Of a DNA stretch of 64,000 nucleotides, positions 53,751 through 61,917 are shown in pieces (within the stretch, counting starts at the first letter, position 1; each line of letters starts with the position of its first letter). The stretch is from contig CAYLTD010000008.1 of the NCBI GenBank assembly GCA_964386715.1, positions 57,123-121,122 of the forward strand. Direction: 5' to 3'. The position numbers were made by a program, and so were the translations under genes. The notes under the pieces are model-generated. The model ran no database searches. It worked only from the letters and a program-made list of their open reading frames with translations, and was not told where the DNA came from. The DNA comes from an uncultured Bifidobacterium sp. Lineage in GTDB: Bacteria; Acidobacteriota; Vicinamibacteria; Vicinamibacterales; CAVVIG01.

Positions 53751-54770
53751 ATGCGACACACGTCGGCCCCGCGCACGCCCGACCTCCTGTACGGTTCCGA
53801 CCTGTCCGGCCTGGTCTGCGGCTACCGGTTCGAGGCCCTCGGGCGGGCGGAGCTGCTGGATTCCAGCGCGGCCGCGTCCTGGCTCGCCTCTGCCGACGCC
53901 GCCGGCTTCATCTGGCTGCACTTCAGCCTGTCGAACATCCAGGCGCGGCAGTGGCTGGAGACGCACGCGCGCCTGCCGGAGGAGTTCTACGAGCTGCTTG
54001 AGGAGAGCCCGACGACCCGGCTGGAGGTGGTCGGCGAATCGCTGCTGGCGGTGGTCAACGACGTCCAGTTCTTCGGTGCGGATCCGTCGTCGGTGTCGAG
54101 AGTGGCGCTGTACGTCGATGCCCGCGCGATGATCAGCGCGCGGACGACCCAGGTGCGAGCGGTCGATCGTCTGCGGACCGCCGTGAAGGAGGGCGAAGCC
54201 TTCCAGTCGTCCGCGGAACTGCTGGCGCACCTGCTGCGGGATCAGGCCGACGTCCTCGTCGGCATCGTGCGCGACGCCACGCGCCAGGTGGACGCGATCG
54301 AGGACCGGATTCTCGAAGCGGACACCTCCACGAGCCGCCCCCGGCTCGGTGCGCTGCGGCGCGTCCTGGTCCGGCTGCAGCGGCTGCTCGCGCCCGAACC
54401 GGCGGCGCTGTTCCGCCTGCTGAACCATCCACCCTCGTGGCTGTCCGCCGACGACGTGGCGCTGCTTCGCGGATCGGCCGAGGAACTGTCGGCGGCGGTG
54501 GCCGACGCGATGGCGCTGGCCGAGCGGGTTCGCCTGCTGCAGGAGGAACTGACGGCGCTGCTGAACGAGCGCACCAGCCGGACGCTGTTCATCCTGACCG
54601 TTGTGACGGCGCTCGGGCTCCCGCTCGCGATCGTGCCCGGCCTGTTCGGGATGAACGTCGACCACATCCCGTTCCGCGCCAGCCCGGCGGCGTTCTGGGC
54701 CATTGCGATGCTGGTGCTCTTTGTCCCGGCAGGGATCGTGGGCGTCTGGGCCTGGCGCGACCGCGCCTAG
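53751..54770 (+). CDS. CorA/ZntB-family divalent metal transporter
   Basis: C-terminal two TM segments with the GMN motif (LFGMNVDHIPF). Confidence 0.85.
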   Translation: MRHTSAPRTPDLLYGSDLSGLVCGYRFEALGRAELLDSSAAASWLASADAAGFIWLHFSLSNIQARQWLETHARLPEEFYELLEESPTTRLEVVGESLLAVVNDVQFFGADPSSVSRVALYVDARAMISARTTQVRAVDRLRTAVKEGEAFQSSAELLAHLLRDQADVLVGIVRDATRQVDAIEDRILEADTSTSRPRLGALRRVLVRLQRLLAPEPAALFRLLNHPPSWLSADDVALLRGSAEELSAAVADAMALAERVRLLQEELTALLNERTSRTLFILTVVTALGLPLAIVPGLFGMNVDHIPFRASPAAFWAIAMLVLFVPAGIVGVWAWRDRA

Positions 54771-56662
54771 GGCGCCGGCTCCAACGGCTGCGCCACAGGA
54801 CCGGCGGCCACTGCCAGGACATCGTCGAGCACCGCCTGCGCCACGTTCAGGGGGCGCATCATCGCGCGCTTCTTCGACTGGTGCGACTGCATCCGCGTCA
54901 GGATGTCGTCGAGCGTGCGGACCGCCTCGCGGATGAACGGGCCCTTGTTGAGCATCACGCACTCGGCCCGTTCCGACATCGCCGCGTCGGTCACCTCGGC
55001 CCGCGACGGCACACCGGTCTTGGCGAGCGTCTCGAGGACCTGTGTGGCCCAGATCACCGGCGCGTGCGCCGCCTCGGCGATCCACAGGATTTCCTCCTGT
55101 ATCTCGGCCATGCGTTCGTACCCGCACTCGACCGCGAGATCCCCACGCGCGATCATCACGCCGTAGCGGCCCGTGCGCATGCACGCCAGCAGGAGGCGCG
55201 GCAGTTCCTCGAAGGCCTGTCGCGTCTCGATCTTCAGGATGATGCCGAGCGCGTCGCCACCGAGGACGCGCAGGTGTTCCTGCAGCAGTTGCACGTCGCG
55301 CACGTGGCGTACGAACGAATACGCGACGAGATCGGCGTGGCGAACGACGAAACCTAGGTCGTCGAGGTCCTTGTCGGTGAGCGGCTTCAACCGCAGGGCG
55401 GTGTCGGGCAGGTTGATACCCTTGCCGGCCTGCAGTCGATCACCGCCGGGGCGCGCCTGGGTGATCTCGACCACCGCTCCGGGCCCCTCGACCTGCCGCA
55501 CGATTCCCCCAATCCGCCCGTCGTCGAACCAGATGCGTTCGCCGGCCTGCAGGTCGGCGAAGATCTCGGGCAGCGTCACGCCGATCTGCGCGGGGACGAT
55601 GACGCGTCCGCCGGCGTCCCGGGTCGCCGGGTGGCCCGCGGCGCCGTCGCCGGTGAGCACAAGGCGGTCACCCACTTCGAGCAGCAGCGCCTGCTGAGGA
55701 CGTGGCGTCTCGGCGATCCGGACAGCCTCCCACCCGCTCCGGCCCTGGTATCGCAGTTCGGAACCCGGAACGATGTAGGCCGAGTGCTCGAGGCTGGCGA
55801 TGAGCACGTCGCCGTGCCGGGCGACGACCCGCAGCGTGAGCGTGCGGTCCCGCGCATCGACGAGTGCGAGTCGTGTGCCTGCGACGACAGAGTCCGCCAC
55901 CGGTCGATCGATCACCACCATGTGGTCGGCGCCGGGGAACGCCTGCCGCAGGTGCCCGGCGTCGGTGATGGCGACATACGCGGGCGAAGCCAGGCGTCCC
56001 CACAGGTCGCGCCGCGGCTTGATCTTCTGCACGGCAGGGCCCGGCAGAAGGTCGCCGGTGCGCAGTTTCGGCCCGGCGAGGTCCATCGACACCGTGCACT
56101 CCCGCCGGACCTCTCCCGCGGCCCGGCGCAGGTGCGCGATCATCCGGCCCCATTCCTCCGGCCCGTCATGCGCGCAGTTGATCCGCATGCAGTCCATCCC
56201 GGCCGCGACCAGATCCCGCACGAACGTGTAGTCATGGGCGGCTTCGGTCGGCATCGTGACCATGATGCGGACCGGCCGGTGGTGCGGCCGCCGGCCGAAC
56301 AGCGCGTCGGCGTGCCGCGCCAGGAGGGCCGCCCCGTCCTGCAGCGTCGGCATGGCCTCGTCGGGCGGCACCCAGTCGTCGCCCGACATCAGCGCAAGGG
56401 CGCGGCGCACGGCGGTGAGCCCGTCTCTGACGTGCGACTCCGCCCGGCCCAGCGAGGACAGGCCCAGGGACGCCAGGCGGCGCTGTGCGTCGCGGAGGTC
56501 GACGCGGCGGAGTAGCAGGTAGTGGAGGAGGTTGGTTGCGCTGGGGATCTGACTGGCCGGCAGGCCGGCCAGGAACGACCCGCTGCTGCGGGTCACGCGC
56601 GCCATTGCGGCCTCGAGGGCCTCGAGTTCGCGGGCGAGGTCGTGGACGTCCATCGAGGACAT
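54767..56662 (-). CDS. atypical pyruvate-kinase-family protein
   Basis: PK barrel motifs MRINCAH, AGPKLRTG, KIETRQA, MIARGDLAVE, ATQVLETL and SRAEVTDAA. Extra ~130-aa N-terminus, enlarged lid and no C-terminal regulatory domain. Confidence 0.8.
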   Translation of the reverse strand: MSSMDVHDLARELEALEAAMARVTRSSGSFLAGLPASQIPSATNLLHYLLLRRVDLRDAQRRLASLGLSSLGRAESHVRDGLTAVRRALALMSGDDWVPPDEAMPTLQDGAALLARHADALFGRRPHHRPVRIMVTMPTEAAHDYTFVRDLVAAGMDCMRINCAHDGPEEWGRMIAHLRRAAGEVRRECTVSMDLAGPKLRTGDLLPGPAVQKIKPRRDLWGRLASPAYVAITDAGHLRQAFPGADHMVVIDRPVADSVVAGTRLALVDARDRTLTLRVVARHGDVLIASLEHSAYIVPGSELRYQGRSGWEAVRIAETPRPQQALLLEVGDRLVLTGDGAAGHPATRDAGGRVIVPAQIGVTLPEIFADLQAGERIWFDDGRIGGIVRQVEGPGAVVEITQARPGGDRLQAGKGINLPDTALRLKPLTDKDLDDLGFVVRHADLVAYSFVRHVRDVQLLQEHLRVLGGDALGIILKIETRQAFEELPRLLLACMRTGRYGVMIARGDLAVECGYERMAEIQEEILWIAEAAHAPVIWATQVLETLAKTGVPSRAEVTDAAMSERAECVMLNKGPFIREAVRTLDDILTRMQSHQSKKRAMMRPLNVAQAVLDDVLAVAAGPVAQPLEPAP

Positions 56663-56852
56663 GGCGCCTTTATAGGAGCCCGGCTGCGCCTCCCTGCGAC
56701 GTTCGGGTAAACGCGGCGCAAATTATCGTGTTGGCGACGAGGGCGTTGCACCCCGGCAACACGGCGGGCCTACGCTGCTTCGGCACGGCCCTCGATGCCG
56801 ATCTTCGAGGTCGCATACGGCGACCGCTCAGGTACCCACTCAGGAGGCTTCG

Positions 56853-57263
56853 ATGCTCGTCATGCTCCGCACCTACGCGCGCTGCGGCGTCCTCGCGATA
56901 GTCGTGACCGCGCTCCCGCTCCCGATCTCCGCGCAGTCGTCGGCGCCCCTGCCCGGCGGGGAGTCCACCTACGCTCTCTACTGCGCGACCTGCCACGGTC
57001 CTGCGGGACGCGGCGACGGACCGATGGCTCGAATGCTCTCCAAGCGTCCGGCCGATCTCACACGGCTCGCCGAGCGCAACAAGGGGGTGTTCGACCCGGC
57101 GCTCGTCGCCCGTATCGTCGACGGCCGCAGGCCGGTCAAGGGCCACGGCGGAGGTGAGATGCCGGTGTGGGGAGACGCCTTCACGCGCTCGTCCGATCCC
57201 ACGCCGGCGACCGAGCGGATCGAGGCGCTCGTCTCGTATCTCGGCGCGATCCAGGAGCGATGA
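56853..57263 (+). CDS. class I c-type cytochrome
   Basis: Signal peptide, a single CATCH haem-binding motif, distal Met candidate (GEMPVWG). CAGGAGG RBS. Confidence 0.75.
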   Translation: MLVMLRTYARCGVLAIVVTALPLPISAQSSAPLPGGESTYALYCATCHGPAGRGDGPMARMLSKRPADLTRLAERNKGVFDPALVARIVDGRRPVKGHGGGEMPVWGDAFTRSSDPTPATERIEALVSYLGAIQER

Positions 57264-57347
57264 CACATCCGGGCTATGGGACCCCGGCGCGTGGCGCCGG
57301 GCCCCGTGCCGTTTCCCGCGCGCCGATGGCCGGGTGGACGAGCCGCG

Positions 57348-57455
57348 TCAGGCGGTCCAGTAGCCGAGAAGCATCGCCGCACCGACGATCGTCGCGACGA
57401 GGAAAAAGCCGAACCAGTCGTGCCGCTGCCACCGCGTGTTCATGGGCGTGTACAT
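57348..57455 (-). CDS. possible 35-aa single-TM peptide
   Basis: ATG preceded by GGAGGG. WFGFFLVATIVGAAMLLGYW hydrophobic core. Same strand as, and downstream of, the 71-aa ORF. Speculative. Confidence 0.25.
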   Translation of the reverse strand: MYTPMNTRWQRHDWFGFFLVATIVGAAMLLGYWTA

Positions 57456-57553
57456 CGTCCCTCCGGCAGCCGCACGGTAGCAGAACCGCCGCGTGCGTAC
57501 AAGCAACATCGGGACGACGCGCGGTCGCAGGCGCGGGCGCCACGAGGCTGCGT

Positions 57554-57769
57554 TCAGGTGTTGGGCAGGTCGATGTCGATTGCGAAGAGCCGATGACCCA
57601 GGCGTGCCATGGCGCGCTCGAGGCGATGCCAGTCGTCGAAGTGCGCGATCACCTCGCCCCTCACGCCGCGCTCGGTCCGGACGTCCCAGCCGGTGTCCTC
57701 CGAGAGCTGGATCCAGACGGGGGCTGACTCGGGTGCGCGCGCAGACAGCGTCAGGTGGGCGGTGGTCAC
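57554..57769 (-). CDS. small hypothetical protein (71 aa), paralog of 50527..50757
   Basis: GTG start 8 nt after AAGGAG. TGWDV-x14-DDWHRLERAMARL is collinear with the motif in the other small ORF. Confidence 0.5.
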   Translation of the reverse strand: MTTAHLTLSARAPESAPVWIQLSEDTGWDVRTERGVRGEVIAHFDDWHRLERAMARLGHRLFAIDIDLPNT

Positions 57770-57963
57770 GGGTAAGACTCCTTCTGGTGCCTCTCACGCA
57801 CGGCGCGTGCCGCGCGAAAACACGCGGCGGCGGGCGGCTCTCGTGTGCCGGCTCCGGAAATCCGGCAGTCTGGCGTGTCGCCTCGACGGGCTGCGCCGGG
57901 CCGCCGGAAGCCCGACGGCCGCCGATCCGCTGCGGCCGGGCGCCACGGGGCGCGGGCGGCCGC

Positions 57964-59553
57964 TCAGCCCCGCTGACATCCCGGACGACCGGCCTCGACC
58001 ACGAGCGCGCCGGCGGTGCGCACCGGCAGGTCCGCCACCGTGACGCGGTCGACCACACGGAAATCGGCACGCATCGTCTGCTGTGTGGCAGTACAGGCGA
58101 CGTAGCCCCGCCGGTTGCTGTGGAACTGCACGTGCGGGTTGTCGCTGCGCGCGCGGTCCCAGTCGGGAGACGTCTCGCTGCCGTCGCCGTTCGACGTGAT
58201 CGCCGAGTTGGTGAACTCCACGCCGACGGTTGCGGACGACGGGTTCCGGAAGTCCATCTTCAGGTCGGCGCCCCAGTGCGTGTGGATGTCGCCGGAGAGG
58301 ATCACGGGATTGGGCGCCTTCGTGTCGCGGAGCATGCCGTACAGCCGATCGCGGGCGGGCGCATACCCGTCCCACGTATCCATCGAGAACTGCGCGTTGG
58401 GGTTCGCCCGGCTACGGTCGTACGCGAACGTGCACACTTGCTGCCCGAGCACCGTCCACCGGGCGCGTGCCTCGGCGAGGTTCCGGCCCACCCAGCGCTC
58501 CTGGACATCGCCGAGGATCGTCCGCGCCGGATCGTCCGCCTCGACGCACCCGGTCCGGAGGCCGTCGCCGCACGCCTGGTCCGAGCGCCACTGCCGGGTA
58601 TCGAGCACGCTCAGGTCGATCAGGTCGCCGAACCGGAGGCGACGATAGATCTGCATGTCGCCGCCGCGCGGCAGCGCCGTCGCGCGAATCGGCATCGACT
58701 CGTAGTAGGCCTGGTAGGCCGCGGCGCGCCGCAGCAGGAACAGCTCGGGTGGCGCCCCGTCCTCGCCCCGGTCACCGGCGTAGTTGTTGTCCACCTCGTG
58801 GTCGTCCCAGGTCACGATGAACGGCGCCGAGGCGTGCGCGGCCTTCAGGTGCGGGTCGGCCTTGTACAGCGCGTAGCGGTTGCGATAGTCGACGAGCGTG
58901 TAGATCTCGTTCCCGTTGTGGTGCCGCACGCGTACATCGCTGCTGCCGCCGTGGTCGCGGCCTTCGTAGATGTAGTCGCCGGTATGGAACACGAAGTCGA
59001 ACGCCTCGTCCGCGAGGTGCCCGAAGGCGGTGAAGTAGCCCTGCTCGTAGTGCTGGCAGCCGCACACGGCGAAACGGAGCTGGTCGACCCGCGTCCCTGC
59101 CGCCGGCGCGGTCCGCGTGCGCCCCACCTGGCTCGCTTCGTCGCCCGCGCGGAACCGGTAGAAGTAGTCGCGCCCGGGCTGGAGGCCGGCCACCTCCACG
59201 TGCACGCTGTGCCCGAGTTCAGGCCGCGCCTGCACGGTGCCACGCTGCACGACGGATCGGAACGACGCATCGTCGGCAATCGCCCAGTCCACGTCCACGA
59301 CGGCCGTCGGCATGCCGCCGCCATTCAGTGGATCAGGCGCGAGGCGGGTCCACAGCACCACGCCGTCGGGCGTCGGGTCGCCGGACGCCACGCCGAGCGT
59401 GAACGGATAGGCCGTGAAGATCGGTTTGCCCCAGAGCCGCTCGGCCGTGAAGGGCTGGGCGAGCACGCCCGCCCCGAGGATGCCGCCAAGCCGCAGCAGA
59501 TCACGCCGCGACAGGCGCTGCAGCGCGCGCGTGTAGAAGGTTCGCTGTGTCAT
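57964..59553 (-). CDS. phoD: alkaline phosphatase PhoD, Tat-exported
   Basis: Twin-arginine signal LSRRDLLRLGG. FTLGVASGDPTPDGVVLWTR and metallophosphatase core (WDDHEVDNNY, GDIHTHW). Confidence 0.9.
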   Translation of the reverse strand: MTQRTFYTRALQRLSRRDLLRLGGILGAGVLAQPFTAERLWGKPIFTAYPFTLGVASGDPTPDGVVLWTRLAPDPLNGGGMPTAVVDVDWAIADDASFRSVVQRGTVQARPELGHSVHVEVAGLQPGRDYFYRFRAGDEASQVGRTRTAPAAGTRVDQLRFAVCGCQHYEQGYFTAFGHLADEAFDFVFHTGDYIYEGRDHGGSSDVRVRHHNGNEIYTLVDYRNRYALYKADPHLKAAHASAPFIVTWDDHEVDNNYAGDRGEDGAPPELFLLRRAAAYQAYYESMPIRATALPRGGDMQIYRRLRFGDLIDLSVLDTRQWRSDQACGDGLRTGCVEADDPARTILGDVQERWVGRNLAEARARWTVLGQQVCTFAYDRSRANPNAQFSMDTWDGYAPARDRLYGMLRDTKAPNPVILSGDIHTHWGADLKMDFRNPSSATVGVEFTNSAITSNGDGSETSPDWDRARSDNPHVQFHSNRRGYVACTATQQTMRADFRVVDRVTVADLPVRTAGALVVEAGRPGCQRG

Positions 59554-59571
59554 CGTGTCTCCTTGACCGCG

Positions 59572-61917
59572 TCAGCGGGACGTATAGATGGCGCTCGAGA
59601 TGGCGGCAGGGCGGCCCGCGTGGTCGCGGACTATCACGGAGACCCAGTCACCAGGACGCAGCGTGCACGGCCGCGTCAGTTCGCCGGACACCGGAATGCC
59701 GACCGAGGCGAGCACGGCTCCGTTCAGGACCCAGTCCAGGCGTCCGGCGTCAGCACCCGAGATATGGACCCGCAGCGTCACGGCACCGGGCGCAATCTCG
59801 CCGCCCAGGCCGACGCGGTGTCCCTCCCGCTCGGCGCTGAGATCCAGCGCGGGTCCTGTCGCACCCTGGACCCGCACGTACGTGCGGCCGGCCCGCAGCG
59901 CGTCGACGATCGCCGGCTCCGTTCGATCCTCGGCAGACACCACCGTGGCAGGTCGCCCGACGGCCCGATCGCGGTCGTCGTCCGGCGTGTGATCGTCACT
60001 GCCGGCGACGGCCGCGAGCCGCGCACCCTCGTTCAGCCGCGAGGCCCAGAAGCGCCAGCCGGAGAGGTCGTCCGCATCCCCATTCACCACTTCCACGCCG
60101 TGGACGTGACGGAGTGTCGCCGGGTCCGTGTCGTTCCACCCGCAGCCCATGCAGCGCTCGTCGTCTGGCAACGCGGGATGGTTGATCGAGACGAATGCTC
60201 CGTCGGCTGCGATCGGCGCCAGCACGGCGGCGATCGAGATATCTGGTGTTGCGAGGCGGAACTCGTGGAAGCGCCGCTCGCCGACGATCGTCGCGTGCCC
60301 GCGGTAGGTCGTCAGCTCGCGACCATGGAGCAGCAGAAGCGGCGAATAGGCCGGCTGCAGGCGGTCGACCTCGAGCCAGTGGCTCACCGTGTTGTGGTCG
60401 GTCAATGCGACGAAGTCGAGCCGGGCGAGGCGGGCCGCATCGAACACGCTGGCAGGTGACGCGGGCACCCGCTCACCCCCTGCCTGGCTGCGCCCGTCGC
60501 TGTGACCTGAGTGGGTGTGCAGGTCGCCGACGTACCAGCCGGGCGTCCGGCTCACCACGGCGGGTCCGTTCACGGCCGGATCGAGGCGGATCCGCAATCG
60601 GTAACGATCCACTCGCCCCGGCCGGATGTTCGGCACGCCAAGCACCACCGCCCACTGGCCAGGCTCGATCCGGCCAGGAAGATACCCGTAGCTCGCTCCC
60701 AGTTCCGATACATTGATCGTCTGCGGTCCCCCGCCGCTCCAGCCCCGGAACCCTCCGGGCCCCCGCAAGCCGAGGTCGAGCACCGTGCGTTCGGCAGCGC
60801 CGGTGTAGTCGAGTGACACCTCGATGCGTTCCGTGCCGGGCGGCACCGTGAAGGCGCGCTCGAACAGCCGCTCGTAGTCATGCTCGGTGAGCTCGCCATC
60901 GATCGTGACCCACCGGCCGGCCGGCCGGGCGCCCTGGAGCACGTCGCCGAACTCCTCGTACTGGTCCGTGGCCACGAAGTCCACGCCGGCCGTGACGGCC
61001 GCCTTCCATCGCGCGGCCGCGGCCGCGGCCGAGCCGAAGTTGTACCCGGGGCTCCACCCGCCTGACCGGTCCGCGGGCTCGTGTCCGTTGAGCGTGTAGA
61101 ACCGGATCCAGAGACCCGCCCGGTGCGCGGCATCCACGATCTCGCGAAGGCGTCGATCGTCGTCACGGGTCCAGTCGCCCGCGCGGGGCTGACCACCGGG
61201 CTCGACCACCGACCACGGATTGTTCCACCAGCGGTGATAGTTGGTCCTGTGGCCGGGCGTCAGGTGAGCGAGGCCATCGGCGCCGACAGGCTGCGCGACC
61301 TCCGGGCGGGCGGCACCGAAGACCAGGAGCGATTCGCCCACCGGCACCGTGTCATGGAACACGCGGCGCTGCGTGTCCGACTCTCCCGTCAGGACCAGCA
61401 CCGGTCCCGGACTCAGGGGCTGGACGTCGTCCGCACGTGCGACCCGCGGGGCCGTGGTGAGCCAGGCGCGGTACTTCACCAGGAGCCCCCACACGGCGGC
61501 CAGGTGCTCCGGTTCCTCGGACTTGAAGTCCAGGTTCAAGGTGATGAGCGGCCACTCGTTCTTCCGGCCCTCACGAAGCGACGCCTCGACGATGGGGCGA
61601 ATGCGCTGGAAGAAGTGCCGCTCGAGGGTCGGCTCCGACCCGTCGAGGCCAAGGGCCGGGCGACCGGGTTCGTCGTGGGCGACGACGGACCACGACCGCC
61701 CGGTTCTCGGATCGGTGTACCAGATCAGATCCTGCTCCATGGCGAGCGGCGTACCCACGGCCAGCGCCCGTTCGATGCGGTCCGCCCATTCGCCGTGCGT
61801 CGGGTAGCAGTTGTGGGCGTCGAGCAGCACCCGGCTGCCCGGCTCCCACTGCGCGGAAGCCGGGCACGCGGCCAGGAGCGTCCCGGCTGCCACCGCGACC
61901 GTCAGGGCGGTGCGCAT
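59572..61917 (-). CDS. secreted fusion protein: PLC-like phosphodiesterase domain plus CehA/McbA-type PHP metallohydrolase domain
   Basis: N-terminal LLDAHNCYP...FVATDQYEEF (PI-PLC-like TIM barrel). C-terminal GDLHTHSGHSDG, ALTDHNT, GSDDH. The start overlaps the TBDR stop as TGATG. Confidence 0.8.
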   Translation of the reverse strand: MRTALTVAVAAGTLLAACPASAQWEPGSRVLLDAHNCYPTHGEWADRIERALAVGTPLAMEQDLIWYTDPRTGRSWSVVAHDEPGRPALGLDGSEPTLERHFFQRIRPIVEASLREGRKNEWPLITLNLDFKSEEPEHLAAVWGLLVKYRAWLTTAPRVARADDVQPLSPGPVLVLTGESDTQRRVFHDTVPVGESLLVFGAARPEVAQPVGADGLAHLTPGHRTNYHRWWNNPWSVVEPGGQPRAGDWTRDDDRRLREIVDAAHRAGLWIRFYTLNGHEPADRSGGWSPGYNFGSAAAAAARWKAAVTAGVDFVATDQYEEFGDVLQGARPAGRWVTIDGELTEHDYERLFERAFTVPPGTERIEVSLDYTGAAERTVLDLGLRGPGGFRGWSGGGPQTINVSELGASYGYLPGRIEPGQWAVVLGVPNIRPGRVDRYRLRIRLDPAVNGPAVVSRTPGWYVGDLHTHSGHSDGRSQAGGERVPASPASVFDAARLARLDFVALTDHNTVSHWLEVDRLQPAYSPLLLLHGRELTTYRGHATIVGERRFHEFRLATPDISIAAVLAPIAADGAFVSINHPALPDDERCMGCGWNDTDPATLRHVHGVEVVNGDADDLSGWRFWASRLNEGARLAAVAGSDDHTPDDDRDRAVGRPATVVSAEDRTEPAIVDALRAGRTYVRVQGATGPALDLSAEREGHRVGLGGEIAPGAVTLRVHISGADAGRLDWVLNGAVLASVGIPVSGELTRPCTLRPGDWVSVIVRDHAGRPAAISSAIYTSR

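Noticed and set aside
57493-60459. 988-aa ORF on the + strand across the phoD and PLC/PHP genes
   Set aside because: It is antisense to two motif-supported genes and has low-complexity composition.
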